NCBI GenBank assembly: GCA_963845245.1
Contig: CAWJRJ010000014.1
Span: 79,134-143,133, forward strand
Origin: Nitrospirota bacterium
GTDB taxonomy: Bacteria; Nitrospirota; JACRHJ01
Direction of reading: 5' to 3'
DNA: 64,000 bases
Positions 51,282-61,565 of the stretch are shown here, in pieces; the first letter of the stretch is position 1, and each line of letters starts with the position of its first letter. Made by a program: the position numbers and the translations under genes. Under the pieces are notes generated by a model, which was not told where the DNA came from, did not search any database, and saw only the letters and a program-made list of their open reading frames with translations.

Positions 51282-52124
51282 TCAACGGATTATAACGTTG
51301 TCGATAAGCCTCGTACCGCCGATCCTTACCGCGGCAGCAATAACCGCGCTGCTACCTGTGTGCAGCAAGGGCTTCAGGTTATCAGGTTCTACAACCTCAA
51401 CATATTCTGGCTCAATCAACGGCTCTTCCCTGAACTTTTCAAGTATGTGAGAGGTAAGCATGTCCGTGGGCACATCGCTTTTTTCTGCAAGTAAACGCGC
51501 CGATTCAAGCGCACGATATAATGCTGGTGCGGCATGCCTCTCGTCAGGTTTCAAATACGCGTTACGGGAGCTCATGGCAAGGCCGTCAGGCTCGCGCACT
51601 GTAGGGGCTACCACTACATCGACCGCCATATTCAGGTCTATGACCATCCGCCTGATAACTGCGGTCTGCTGGAAATCCTTCTGGCCGAAGAAGGCCTTGT
51701 CAGGTTGTACTACATTGAAAAGCTTGGCAACGACCGTTGCCACTCCCTTAAAATGCCCAGGCCTGCTCCTGCCGCAGAGCCCGTCGGTAATTCCCTCGAC
51801 ATTAACGTAGGTCTCGTATCCAACCGGGTACATGTCGCCGGGCTCAGGCATGAAAACAATGCCCACGCCCTCTTTACGGCACTTTTCAAGGTCGCCTTCT
51901 ATATCGCGCGGGTATTTTTCGAGATCTTCTTTGGGTCCGAACTGAGTCGGGTTTACAAAGATAGAAAGGATGGTTGAGCCGGTGTTTTTTTGGGAGAGCC
52001 GGACCAGCGACAGGTGGCCCTCATGCAGGTAACCCATGGTGGGTACAAAGCCTGTCGCCACGCCGGAGGCCTTCAGCCTCCTTGTTGCCACTGTCATCTC
52101 CGTAACGGTCCTTATAACTTCCAC
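51282..52124 (-). CDS. panC: Pantoate--beta-alanine ligase
   Basis: GFVPTMGYLHEGHLSL, FVNPTQFGP, FGQKDFQQ. Confidence 0.9.
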   Translation of the reverse strand: MEVIRTVTEMTVATRRLKASGVATGFVPTMGYLHEGHLSLVRLSQKNTGSTILSIFVNPTQFGPKEDLEKYPRDIEGDLEKCRKEGVGIVFMPEPGDMYPVGYETYVNVEGITDGLCGRSRPGHFKGVATVVAKLFNVVQPDKAFFGQKDFQQTAVIRRMVIDLNMAVDVVVAPTVREPDGLAMSSRNAYLKPDERHAAPALYRALESARLLAEKSDVPTDMLTSHILEKFREEPLIEPEYVEVVEPDNLKPLLHTGSSAVIAAAVRIGGTRLIDNVIIR

Positions 52125-52133
52125 AACATTGTC

Positions 52134-52598
52134 TCACAGGTTTTTCAAAAGTTCTTTTGTGGTCTTTTTTAAAACTGGGTGCAGCACATCCGGGTCCAAC
52201 TCGCAGAGAGGCTCCAGCACAAAAGCCCTTTCGTGCATGAGTGGGTGTGGTATCTCAAGCTCCGGCATGTCGATTATGGAGTCACCGAAAAGCAGTATGT
52301 CAAGGTCGATTGTCCTGGGCCCCCAGCGTACAGTCCGGACACGGCCCAGTTGGTTTTCTATTTCATGGCATACGTCGAGGAGTTCATTCGGCGAAAGCGT
52401 GGTTTCAATCCGGGCGGCCGCGTTTAGGAATGGTTCCTGTTCCACGTAACCTACAGGCTCTGTCTCGTAATAAGAGGACACCCTGACTGCATCTATCCCC
52501 CGCGCCTCCGAGAGGAGCCTGACCGCATCGTCAAGGTTCTTTCTCTTGTCTCCCAGGTTCGTGCCAAGTCCTATATATGCTGTGACAGCTTTTTCCAT
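52134..52598 (-). CDS. folK: 6-hydroxymethyl-7,8-dihydropterin pyrophosphokinase
   Basis: AYIGLGTNLGD, RWGPRTIDLDILLF, IPHP. ATG at 52598 is preferred over 52661. Confidence 0.85.
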   Translation of the reverse strand: MEKAVTAYIGLGTNLGDKRKNLDDAVRLLSEARGIDAVRVSSYYETEPVGYVEQEPFLNAAARIETTLSPNELLDVCHEIENQLGRVRTVRWGPRTIDLDILLFGDSIIDMPELEIPHPLMHERAFVLEPLCELDPDVLHPVLKKTTKELLKNL

Positions 52599-52711
52599 AG
52601 CATGCGTATTACACCACAATCCCTTATAATTGTCAACGCCGCAGGGGTTTTCGCTTTGCAATAAAAAACCATAAATGGTATCTTAATAGTCATCGTCAAT
52701 ACGGAGAAAAG

Positions 52712-53419
52712 ATGATTTATCTGATAGTTCCGACAATAATGGAATCGGCGTCTTTCGCGTCCTGTTTAAAGGATGCCATCCCGTTTGAAGTGGGCCACAG
52801 GCGCGGCATTTCTGGCCGGGTCGGCGGAAAGACCGTAAAGGTCCTGGTAACCGGCATCGGTCATGTGAATGTCGCTCAGGCGGTTACGGCCATGATGGAG
52901 TATGGCAGGCCGGACATCTTTATAATGGTAGGATGCGCCGGGGCCTATACCGGCTCGTCGCTTAAAGTTGGCGATGTCGCCGTTGCGACAGAGGAGATAT
53001 TTGCCGAGGCTGGCGTTATTACTCCTGAAGGCTTTAAAGGCATGGAAGAAACTGGTTTTCCGCTGGTAGTGTCTAAAGGGCGTCCTTATTTTTCGCGGTT
53101 CCCCTTATCTGAAAGGTATAACAAAATTATTAAGGATGCAAATCCGGGCATATACAACGGCCCGTTCCTGACAGTCTCCACCATAAGCGGGACGGCGAAA
53201 CGCGGCAGAGAACTATCCGCACGGTTCGGGGCGCTTTGTGAGAACATGGAGGGCGCGGCCGCGGCCCAGGTCAGCCTTATATACGGAGTCCCCTTTGTAG
53301 AGGTCAGGGGCATAAGCAATATGGTAGAAGACCGCAACAAAGACAGATGGGATATAGATACGGCTATGAAGAACTGCGCTAACGCAGTCATCGCCTTTAT
53401 AAAGAGACTGGAGTTGTGA
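52712..53419 (+). CDS. mqnB: Futalosine hydrolase-like nucleosidase
   Basis: PNP/MTAN-family motifs (GIGHVNVA, GCAGAY, ENMEGAA). Translationally coupled to mqnD. Confidence 0.7.
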   Translation: MIYLIVPTIMESASFASCLKDAIPFEVGHRRGISGRVGGKTVKVLVTGIGHVNVAQAVTAMMEYGRPDIFIMVGCAGAYTGSSLKVGDVAVATEEIFAEAGVITPEGFKGMEETGFPLVVSKGRPYFSRFPLSERYNKIIKDANPGIYNGPFLTVSTISGTAKRGRELSARFGALCENMEGAAAAQVSLIYGVPFVEVRGISNMVEDRNKDRWDIDTAMKNCANAVIAFIKRLEL

Positions 53420-54249
53420 TGCGCGAATTGACTCTGGGCTATTCACCATGCCCGAACGACACGTTTATATTCTACGCCCTGACCCACGGCAAGATTGGCC
53501 TGAAAGACATCAAGATAGTAGAGTCTCTGGACGACGTGGAGACGCTCAACAAAAAGGCGCTCAAAGGCGAACTCGACCTCACCAAGGTCTCATTCCATGC
53601 CTTCGCGTATCTGCGGGACAAGTATGTACTTTTAAGGTCAGGCGGGGCCCTGGGGCGCGGATGCGGACCGCTTGTCGTATCCAAAAAGTACCCGTCTATG
53701 TCGGAACTCTATGGCCGTACGATTGCAATACCAGGAAAGTATACGACGGCTCACCTGCTTCTGATGCTCTATGACAGCGGCATTGACAAAGTCAAGATTA
53801 TGCCTTTCGACAAGATAATGCCGGCCGTGGCCGCCGGCGAGGTGGATGCAGGCCTCATTATCCACGAGGGCCGATTTACCTACCAGGGCTACGGGCTTGT
53901 AAAGCTGCTCGACCTGGGCGAGTGGTGGGAGGCCGAGACTGGCCTTCCTATACCGCTTGGCTGCATACTCGCAAAACGCTCGCTCGGAGAGGATACCATC
54001 CGGCTCGTCGAAGACGGAATCCGGGACAGCATCATCTACGCCCGCTCCCACAATGACGAGACGAAATCCTATATAAAGTGCCATGCCCAGGAGATGGAGG
54101 ACAGCGTCATCGAGGGTCATATCGGCCTCTATGTAAACGACTTCTCGCTGGACATGGGCGTTGAAGGCGAAAAGGCGGTCGAGGTGCTCTTTGAGCGCGC
54201 AATGTCCAAAGGCGTTATACCGGGCAGTTATACCGACCTCTTCAAATGA
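53416..54249 (+). CDS. mqnD: 1,4-dihydroxy-6-naphthoate synthase
   Basis: LGYSPCPNDTFIFYAL and RSGGALGRGCGPLVV match MqnD as I recall it from Thermus. Confidence 0.75.
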   Translation: MMRELTLGYSPCPNDTFIFYALTHGKIGLKDIKIVESLDDVETLNKKALKGELDLTKVSFHAFAYLRDKYVLLRSGGALGRGCGPLVVSKKYPSMSELYGRTIAIPGKYTTAHLLLMLYDSGIDKVKIMPFDKIMPAVAAGEVDAGLIIHEGRFTYQGYGLVKLLDLGEWWEAETGLPIPLGCILAKRSLGEDTIRLVEDGIRDSIIYARSHNDETKSYIKCHAQEMEDSVIEGHIGLYVNDFSLDMGVEGEKAVEVLFERAMSKGVIPGSYTDLFK

Positions 54250-55454
54250 AGTTCAAGACGTTCACTGCCCTCAGGCACCGCAATTTCAGGCTGTTCTTTT
54301 ACGGTCAGGGCTTATCCCTTATAGGCACCTGGATGCATTCGCTGGCCCAAGGCTGGCTGATGCTCGAACTTACCAACTCTGCGTTTTACCTGTCCCTCGT
54401 GCAGGCGATGGGCTCGCTTCCCATCCTGTTCTTTTCGCTCATCGGCGGCGTCATAGCCGACAGGTCCGACAAGAAAAAGCTCCTCCTGTTCACCCAGACA
54501 ACCTCGATGGTCCTTGTCCTCGCGCTTGCGGTTGTAGTAACGCTTGGTATTGTGCGGCCCTGGCACGTCATTGTATTTGCTGGCCTGTCCGGCGTTGTAA
54601 ACACCTTTGACGTACCTGGACGCCAATCGTTCATAATAGACCTTGTCGGCCGGGAAGACCTGATGAACGGTATTGCGCTTAACTCCGCTGCGTTTAACGG
54701 CGCCAGGATCATCGGCCCATCGATCGCAGGCTTGATAATAGGTTACATCGGTCTCCAGTCGTGTTTCTATATAAATTCCTTTTCTTTTCTCGCGATTATC
54801 ATAGCGCTCCTTATGATGAAGTTCGACGCCCCCGCCCCGCGCAAAGAGCAACGCCCTTTATTAAAAGAACTACGCGAAGGTTTGAGCTATGTAAAGCATG
54901 CGCCTGCGGTATCCTCGTTCATCTTCATGGTTGGGGTCACCAGCCTTCTGGCTATACCGTATATCGCACTTATGCCGATTTTCGCGCGCGACGTGCTTCA
55001 CATCGGCGCAAAGGGACTGGGCATCATGATGGGCTCGGCAGGTGTAGGCGCGCTTGGAGGCGCACTTACCCTTGCTTCTCTGGGCAGTATCAGGAGGAAG
55101 GGCCTTGTTGCATTTGTGTCTGCGTTCGCGTCCGCATCCGCGCTTCTGGCGTTCTCTTTTTCAAGGAGCACGCCGCTCTCGCTGGTGCTACTGGCCGTGG
55201 TCGGCTGGGGCATGATAACCCAACTCGCAACGGTCAACACAATGCTCCAGAACGACGTCCCCGACGAGCTGAGAGGAAGGGTGATGAGCCTGTATACCCT
55301 CGTGTTCCTGGGGTTCATACCCATTGGCAACCTTATCGTTGGCACGCTTGCACACTATCTGGGCACCCCTCATGCGGTCGCGCTCAGTGCGAGCCTATGC
55401 ATCATCATCTACGCCCTCATGATAGTCCGTAAAAGTGAACTTCTGCGTCACTGA
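54246..55454 (+). CDS. MFS transporter
   Basis: 402 aa, 12 TM helices. N-terminus FRLFFYGQGLSLIGTWM and loop motif GVIADRSDKKK. Confidence 0.85.
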   Translation: MKFKTFTALRHRNFRLFFYGQGLSLIGTWMHSLAQGWLMLELTNSAFYLSLVQAMGSLPILFFSLIGGVIADRSDKKKLLLFTQTTSMVLVLALAVVVTLGIVRPWHVIVFAGLSGVVNTFDVPGRQSFIIDLVGREDLMNGIALNSAAFNGARIIGPSIAGLIIGYIGLQSCFYINSFSFLAIIIALLMMKFDAPAPRKEQRPLLKELREGLSYVKHAPAVSSFIFMVGVTSLLAIPYIALMPIFARDVLHIGAKGLGIMMGSAGVGALGGALTLASLGSIRRKGLVAFVSAFASASALLAFSFSRSTPLSLVLLAVVGWGMITQLATVNTMLQNDVPDELRGRVMSLYTLVFLGFIPIGNLIVGTLAHYLGTPHAVALSASLCIIIYALMIVRKSELLRH

Positions 55455-55592
55455 TTTAAAAAAACTTTTCTTCAGCCCTTAAGTAAAACTCTCCCCGAAG
55501 ATTTACCCTGAAAGCATTTTTTCAACCGCTTCGTGCGACATTGAGAACGGCCTCGTTTACCATGCATCCTCATTAACCAAACGGAGGAGTGT

Positions 55593-56018
55593 ATGAGGAC
55601 ATGCGCAAAATGCAAGAAAAGGGAATATTGCTCAAAGGTCTGTGATTATATCGAGAAATACCTGCCATCCGAATATTCCGGTAAAAACCCATATCACGAA
55701 ATTAACTTAAGCCCTGAAGGACTCGATGCAGTGTCGGATCGGGCCTCAATAGCCGGCTGGAGCCGTTTTGAGAGATTGGGCCTAAGAAGGGAGCTTGACC
55801 TTTCCCTCCTGACACCTAAAGAAAAAACGGCGCTGACATTTATCGCATCTGGTATGCCGCAGAGCGAGGCGGCAAGGCGTTTGAAAATTACCCGCTCTTC
55901 ACTGCGAAGCCGCATCAATAAAGCACGGAAGAGGCTATCGGCCACCCAAAACTTATATCTTATGGAAGGGCAAAACAAGGGCGTTAGGCAAAACGAAGAG
56001 GGGTGCGCCAATGGATAA
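55593..56018 (+). CDS. Zn-finger plus HTH (sigma-70 region-4/LuxR-like) DNA-binding protein; possible small terminase or regulator
   Basis: CAKCKKREYCSKVC at the N-terminus. LTPKEKTALTFIASGMPQSEAARRLKITRSSLRSRINKARKRL at the C-terminus. Confidence 0.55.
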   Translation: MRTCAKCKKREYCSKVCDYIEKYLPSEYSGKNPYHEINLSPEGLDAVSDRASIAGWSRFERLGLRRELDLSLLTPKEKTALTFIASGMPQSEAARRLKITRSSLRSRINKARKRLSATQNLYLMEGQNKGVRQNEEGCANG

Positions 56019-56229
56019 TGTTTCATGCCGCCGATGCGGCAACACTGCCATGCTGAAAAGTTTCATAAGCGTCCGCTGTCCCATATGCGGTGAATACAAG
56101 TTTATGGAAAAGGCCGGGGACGATCTGCTATGGTCCGAACACAGGCTGGGGCTTTTGTTCCAGAAGGGTGGCTGGCAATTTCTCGGCGTAAACTCGCCGC
56201 CGTCATGGTTTATCGAAAACATCGTATAG
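56011..56229 (+). CDS. Small zinc-ribbon protein
   Basis: CRRCGN...CPICGE ribbon. Overlaps the neighbouring genes in the operon. Confidence 0.45.
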   Translation: MDNVSCRRCGNTAMLKSFISVRCPICGEYKFMEKAGDDLLWSEHRLGLLFQKGGWQFLGVNSPPSWFIENIV

Positions 56230-56244
56230 GTTCCGGAGGGCAAC

Positions 56245-56514
56245 ATGGCTCAGAGAATATTGAATGATAAAGTCAACGTCCGCCACCTGAGGGGCTTTAG
56301 AAAAATCCAGCAGGAGGTACTGAGGGCGCTAAAGGCCGGCGTGTCTCCTAAGGAGTACAGGTCGGTTGCCGCCGCATACAAAGAGGCGGTGTCAGGCGAG
56401 AGGATGGTGCTTGGCATGGAAGGTACAGGACAGTCCGGGTGGCCGGACGAGATGGTGGTCCGGTGGGTGGACGAAGAAGACGAAGCCGGGGAGAACGCCG
56501 AAGATGCTTCGTGA
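56245..56514 (+). CDS. Hypothetical phage protein (possible small terminase subunit)
   Basis: 89 aa with an acidic tail. Lies immediately upstream of TerL and overlaps it. Confidence 0.4.
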   Translation: MAQRILNDKVNVRHLRGFRKIQQEVLRALKAGVSPKEYRSVAAAYKEAVSGERMVLGMEGTGQSGWPDEMVVRWVDEEDEAGENAEDAS

Positions 56515-57784
56515 GGTCGGCATCGCCTACAAGAAGCTCCCTTCTCAGCGCAGGTTCCACAGCTCCAGGGCAAAGTTCAAGGCATATGTCGGTGGCTATG
56601 GTTCCGGAAAGACATACGCTGGCTGCCACGAAGCGCTGAAGCTATCGCTTTTGAACCGTGGTCTGACCGGCATGATGCTGGCGCCGACATACGGGATGCT
56701 GGAGGATTCAACGCTGCCAGCGTTTATGGAGATACTTGACAGGGCAGGGCTAAAGTATAAGTTCCGGACGTCCGAAGGCCGGATGATCCTCCCTTGGGGC
56801 TCGAAGGTATTGTTCCGTTCCGCGGACAACCCTGCGAGGCTTAAAGGGCCGAACCTGGCCTGGGTCGGGATAGACGAGGGCGCTCTGATATCGAGGGCCG
56901 CGTGGGAGGTGGCTATATCGCGCATAAGGCACCCGGAGGCAAAGAAGCTCGCCGCATTCATCACCACGACGCCGGAGGGTTTCAACTGGCTGTATGAGGA
57001 GTTTGTGGAGAAGGGCAGGCGTCGAGGGTACCAGGTCATATATGCCCGCACCAGCGAGAATACATACCTGCCTGATGAATACGTGCAGGACCTTGAAGCG
57101 GCCTACGACCCCACGCTTGTCAGGCAGTACCTTATGGGTGAGTTTACAAATCCCGCCTCGGGCCGTGTCTATCACTCCTTTGACAGGGCCGTGCATGTCA
57201 GGCCGGGAATTACATATGACCCGGCAAGGCCGGTGTCCCTGGCAATAGATTTCAACGTCGACCCGTTGCACGCAGCAGTCATCCAGACGGAAAAAGGCAC
57301 CGTGCTGGTTGTTGACGAGATTGTCCTGCCATCCTCAAACACTTATGAGCTTTGCAGGGAGACGAGGGAACGGTTCGGTGACGGGCATATAACAGCATAT
57401 CCCGACCCGACAGGCCGTGCGAGAAAGACGGCAGGCTCATCGGATGCGCCTTCGGACTTCGCAATACTCATGTCGCACGGGTTCGAGGTAAGGTCACACA
57501 GGTCTTCACCGGCCATAAGGGACAGGGTTAACGCGGTGAACAGGAAGCTACTGGGTGCCGAAGGGCAGGCGGGTCTGCTCATTAACGAACGCTGCCGAGA
57601 GACTATTCGCTCCTTCGAACAGACATGCTTCAAGCCCGGCAGCTCGATAATCGACAAGGCCGCAAGCATGGAGCACATGACCGACGCCATAGGCTACTTC
57701 ATCGAATACGAGTATCCTATCCGACCGCCGGTGCTGGTCGAATATCAGGGGCTTGGCCGTCGAAGTCATAACAAGGGTTTTTAG
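56504..57784 (+). CDS. Terminase large subunit
   Basis: Walker A GGYGSGKT, Walker B AWVGIDEG, and a C-terminal nuclease-like region. ATG at 56504. Confidence 0.85.
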   Translation: MLREVGIAYKKLPSQRRFHSSRAKFKAYVGGYGSGKTYAGCHEALKLSLLNRGLTGMMLAPTYGMLEDSTLPAFMEILDRAGLKYKFRTSEGRMILPWGSKVLFRSADNPARLKGPNLAWVGIDEGALISRAAWEVAISRIRHPEAKKLAAFITTTPEGFNWLYEEFVEKGRRRGYQVIYARTSENTYLPDEYVQDLEAAYDPTLVRQYLMGEFTNPASGRVYHSFDRAVHVRPGITYDPARPVSLAIDFNVDPLHAAVIQTEKGTVLVVDEIVLPSSNTYELCRETRERFGDGHITAYPDPTGRARKTAGSSDAPSDFAILMSHGFEVRSHRSSPAIRDRVNAVNRKLLGAEGQAGLLINERCRETIRSFEQTCFKPGSSIIDKAASMEHMTDAIGYFIEYEYPIRPPVLVEYQGLGRRSHNKGF

Positions 57785-57810
57785 TAATTTTCAGCAATGG
57801 AGGAGGTCAT

Positions 57811-58722
57811 ATGACGGAACTGTCGGAGAGGTTGTGCTTTACACTCGACAACGAGCTTGTAGACATACCGGAATTTGTGCAGGTGTTGCCTGCCGGTGAG
57901 GTGAAGCCCAGGGGGAAGACGAACTTCCTCGTGGACGAGGAGTCGCGCGGCCTACTTATGTCCGCGTTCGCCGGGAGCAGCAATGATCTGGTAATCGACT
58001 ACGAGCACCAGAGCCTTTCGGGCTCGGAGGCCCCGGCCGCGGGCTGGATAAAGGATGTCGAGGACAGGGGCGCGGACGGCGTCTGGGCGAAGGTCCAGTG
58101 GACGGAGAGGGCGAAGGAATATCTTGCAAAACGCGAGTACCGCTACCTTTCGCCCGTGGTGCTCATACGGAAGAAAGACGGCAGGGCGGTTGAGCTGTTG
58201 GGCGCGGGGCTTACAAACCTGCCCGCCATCGACGGCATGACGCCGGTTGTAAACACAAGCCGGCCGGGCTTGGGGGAGGAGGTGAATGAGATGGAAGAGG
58301 ATTACAAACAGCTCTATCTGAACGTGCTTGGGTTGTTCGGCCTACCGGATGATTCCGGGTTTGAAGAGGTCAAGGCGAAGGTAGATTCTATCGCAACGCC
58401 CAAGGGTTTCGTTGCGGAAGAGGAATACGTAGCTCTCAAAGAGACTTTAAAGATGCGCGAGACGGACATGCTCATAAAGGAAGCGCTTTCAAACGGCAGG
58501 CTCACCCCATCACTCACGGGCTGGGCGAAAGCATACGCCACGAAGGACATGGATGGTTTCAGGGATTTCATCGGCCGTGCGATGCCGGTTGTGCCACTTG
58601 GAATCAGCGATCTAAGGCATGCCGCACCGCTTGAACACACGCAGACCCAGGTGAACAGGCTTCTCGGCATAACCGATGAGTCGTTCATCCGCTTTTCCGA
58701 TATGGCCGTACAGACGAGGTGA
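57811..58722 (+). CDS. Mu gpI-like prohead protease/scaffold
   Basis: LVIDYEHQSL...APAAGWIKDVEDRGADGVWAKVQWTERAKEYLAKREYRYLSPVV matches the Mu-like prophage I protein family as I recall it. Confidence 0.7.
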   Translation: MTELSERLCFTLDNELVDIPEFVQVLPAGEVKPRGKTNFLVDEESRGLLMSAFAGSSNDLVIDYEHQSLSGSEAPAAGWIKDVEDRGADGVWAKVQWTERAKEYLAKREYRYLSPVVLIRKKDGRAVELLGAGLTNLPAIDGMTPVVNTSRPGLGEEVNEMEEDYKQLYLNVLGLFGLPDDSGFEEVKAKVDSIATPKGFVAEEEYVALKETLKMRETDMLIKEALSNGRLTPSLTGWAKAYATKDMDGFRDFIGRAMPVVPLGISDLRHAAPLEHTQTQVNRLLGITDESFIRFSDMAVQTR

Positions 58723-59810
58723 TGATGGCAGAGATGAAGAAAACGCCCGTGACAAGGGAGATAGCGGCTGCATCTATACGCGACCGTTGGTCGGGTTACC
58801 CTTCCGCAGGCCTGACTCCAAGGCGGCTGGCCGCTATACTGCGAGAGGCCGACGTTGGGGACCCGCTCCGGCAGATGGAGCTTTTCTCCGAGATGGAGGA
58901 AAAGGATGCCCACCTGTATTCCTGTTTGCAGACGAGGAAGCTTTCCGTATCCGGACTTGACTGGGATGTCATCCACAAAGGGACGGGGTCTGGTGGGCAA
59001 GATGTTGCGGATTTTGCAAAAGAGGCTTTGGGCGGAATAGATAATTTTGAGGAAGCGTTACTGGACCTGCTTGATGCAGTTGGTAAGGGTTACTCCATAT
59101 CAGAGATTATGTGGGCGTACCGGGACGGGAGTGTCGTACCGTCGGCGCTTAAGAAACGGCAGCAGAAGAGGTTCACGTTCATGGAGAAAGACGGCGTATC
59201 CGAAAGGCCGCGCCTGCTTACTACTGGTGAACCCGTATACGGTATCCCGCTCTTACCCGACAAGTTCATAGTCCACGTATACAGAGCTGGCTCTGACCTG
59301 CCCGAGCGCGGCGGACTGTTAAGGGTGCTGGCCTGGATATACCTTTTCAAGAACTATGCGCTCAAGGACTGGGTCTCGTTCTGCGAGGTGTTCGGTATGC
59401 CGCTTAGGCTTGGGATATACTCGCCAACCGCATCCAAGGAGGATAGGGAGTCGCTGGTCCAGGCTGTGACCCAACTCGGTAGCGATGCAGCGGGTGTAAT
59501 ATCCGAGAGCACCAGGATCGAGTTCGTCGAGGCAGCGCAAAAAAGCGGTGCGCCATACAAGGACCTTATAGAGCTTCTTAACAAAGAGATATCAAAGGCC
59601 GCCCTGGGCCAGACCTTGACGACAGACGTGGGCGATAAGGGGAGCTACGCGGCAGGGGTAGTCCATGACGGAGTCCGGGCGGACATAATGCGCGCCGATG
59701 CCCGTGCACTTGAGCGGACCATCAACCGCGATCTCGTCAGGCCGCTTGTGTTGTTTAATTTCGGTCCCGGCATAAAACCGCCGGTATTCAAATTCATATT
59801 CAGGCAGTAA
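58719..59810 (+). CDS. DUF935-type (Mu gp29-like) portal protein, short form
   Basis: GLTPRRLAAILREADVGDPLRQMELFSEMEEKDAHLYSCLQTRK is the typical DUF935 N-terminus. Only 363 aa. Confidence 0.65.
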   Translation: MMMAEMKKTPVTREIAAASIRDRWSGYPSAGLTPRRLAAILREADVGDPLRQMELFSEMEEKDAHLYSCLQTRKLSVSGLDWDVIHKGTGSGGQDVADFAKEALGGIDNFEEALLDLLDAVGKGYSISEIMWAYRDGSVVPSALKKRQQKRFTFMEKDGVSERPRLLTTGEPVYGIPLLPDKFIVHVYRAGSDLPERGGLLRVLAWIYLFKNYALKDWVSFCEVFGMPLRLGIYSPTASKEDRESLVQAVTQLGSDAAGVISESTRIEFVEAAQKSGAPYKDLIELLNKEISKAALGQTLTTDVGDKGSYAAGVVHDGVRADIMRADARALERTINRDLVRPLVLFNFGPGIKPPVFKFIFRQ

Positions 59811-59830
59811 ATATCAAAAGGAGGTAGAAG

Positions 59831-60235
59831 ATGTCAGCACTTACAAAGGACAGGAACACGGTCAGGAAGGAAGGGGACTACGCCGCATATCAGCTCAAGG
59901 CGAACGCGAAGATATTTGCAGGAAGCCAGGTGTGCATAGACTCGACGGGCTATGCCGTACCGGGCTCAGACACCGCTGGTCTGAAGTTCGTGGGAATAAG
60001 CCGTGGTTATGCAGACAATACCGGCGGGGCCAACGGGGACCTGAGCATAGAGGTTTGGAGGCGCGGCTCATTTGAACTGGCAGCAACAGGCATGACAAAG
60101 GGTAACGTTGGGGACAACGTGTTTGTGGTCGACGACCAGACAGTTGGCCTAGCCGCAATCACCACCAACGACGTGCCATGCGGGAAGATATCCGAGTACA
60201 ACTCGGCTACCAGCGTATATGTCAGCATAGACTGA
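59831..60235 (+). CDS. DUF2190-like head decoration/cement protein
   Basis: 134 aa, Gly/Val-rich beta pattern. Lies immediately upstream of the major capsid gene. Confidence 0.45.
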   Translation: MSALTKDRNTVRKEGDYAAYQLKANAKIFAGSQVCIDSTGYAVPGSDTAGLKFVGISRGYADNTGGANGDLSIEVWRRGSFELAATGMTKGNVGDNVFVVDDQTVGLAAITTNDVPCGKISEYNSATSVYVSID

Positions 60236-60258
60236 ACCAATTAAAAGGAGAACTGAAG

Positions 60259-61149
60259 ATGATAATAAACCAGGCTAACCTTTCATCCCTTTACAAGGGC
60301 TTTTCGTCCATATTCAAGGAGGTCTTCGACACTGCATCCGCCCTCTATCCGCGCCTTGCCACAGAGGTGCCCTCGACATCGAGACAGGAAGAATACAAGT
60401 GGTTGGGGCGTGTACCAAGGATGCGCGAATGGCTGGGCGAACGGGTTATACAGAACCTGTCCGCGTATTCATACACCATCAAAAACCTGGATTGGGAGGC
60501 GACGGTAGCTGTAGACAGAAATGATGTTGAGGACGATGCGGTAGGTATATACACGCCGATGGTCAGGGCGCTTGCGGATGCTGCCGCGACACACCCGGAC
60601 GAACTGGTATTCGACCTTCTGGCGGGAGGATTTACAAACGTCTCATATGACGGAAGGCCGTTCTTCGACATTGCGCACACGACTGGCAGCGGGCCAGCCC
60701 AGTCAAATAAAAGTAATGCGGTCCTTTCTACAGCCAGCTACGCAGCTGCGCGGGCAGCTATGATGTCGCTGGTGGACGAGAACGGAAAGCCTCTCAACGT
60801 TGTTCCTGACCTCCTGGTCGTGCCGCCCCAGCTTGAGAAGGCCGCGCTCGAGATCTTGCGTGCGGATCTGGATGTCAACGGCTCTTCGAATATATACAAG
60901 GACTCGGTCGACCTTGTGGTCGCTCCGTACCTCGCAGGGCATCCTACGGCCTGGTACCTGCTCGACACCAAGAAGCCGGTCAAGACGTTCATATTCCAGA
61001 GGCGTAAGGCACCGGTATTCGTGGCGAAGGACTCGCCCGATGACGAGAATGTGTTCATGAAGAAGGAGTTCCTCTTCGGCGTGGACTCAAGAGACAACGC
61101 GGGCTACGGCCTCTGGCAGCTTGCATACGGCAGCGACGGCACGGTCTAA
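60259..61149 (+). CDS. Mu gpT-like major capsid protein
   Basis: LSSLYKGFSSIFKEVF...EEYKWLGRVPRMREWLGERV is characteristic of the gpT family. AAAGGAG Shine-Dalgarno. Confidence 0.8.
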   Translation: MIINQANLSSLYKGFSSIFKEVFDTASALYPRLATEVPSTSRQEEYKWLGRVPRMREWLGERVIQNLSAYSYTIKNLDWEATVAVDRNDVEDDAVGIYTPMVRALADAAATHPDELVFDLLAGGFTNVSYDGRPFFDIAHTTGSGPAQSNKSNAVLSTASYAAARAAMMSLVDENGKPLNVVPDLLVVPPQLEKAALEILRADLDVNGSSNIYKDSVDLVVAPYLAGHPTAWYLLDTKKPVKTFIFQRRKAPVFVAKDSPDDENVFMKKEFLFGVDSRDNAGYGLWQLAYGSDGTV

Positions 61150-61166
61150 ACGCAAAAGGTGATCAT

Positions 61167-61565
61167 ATGTACATTGCCGTTTCTGAAATCAGTATATCTG
61201 ACCAGTTGTTGATAAAGTTGACAGATGACGAAGGGGCTGGTGCAATAAATACCTCCCGGGCAGAGTCTGCCATAATCGCGGCACAAGCCATCGTAGATGC
61301 TGCCCTGTCAAGGACTTACAGCGTGCCGTTTTCAGATCCTCCTGAAATAATAAAGAGACTGACTGAGGATATCGCGGTTTACAGGCTATACCAGAGAGCC
61401 GGCATCCTGACAGATGAGCAAAGATCGGTCTACGATAATGCGATGGCAGTACTCGATAAGGCTGTAAGGGGCGAAGTCATAATCGGCTCATACGCGCCTG
61501 GTAGCAGTCCTGAGTTCTCGTGTCAGGAGAGAGAATTCACGCGCGAGTACATGGAGGGTCTTTGA
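61167..61565 (+). CDS. DUF1320 (Mu gp36-like) head completion/adaptor protein
   Basis: 132 aa. LIKLTDDEG...IDAALSRTYSVPF...DIAVYRLY pattern. Confidence 0.6.
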   Translation: MYIAVSEISISDQLLIKLTDDEGAGAINTSRAESAIIAAQAIVDAALSRTYSVPFSDPPEIIKRLTEDIAVYRLYQRAGILTDEQRSVYDNAMAVLDKAVRGEVIIGSYAPGSSPEFSCQEREFTREYMEGL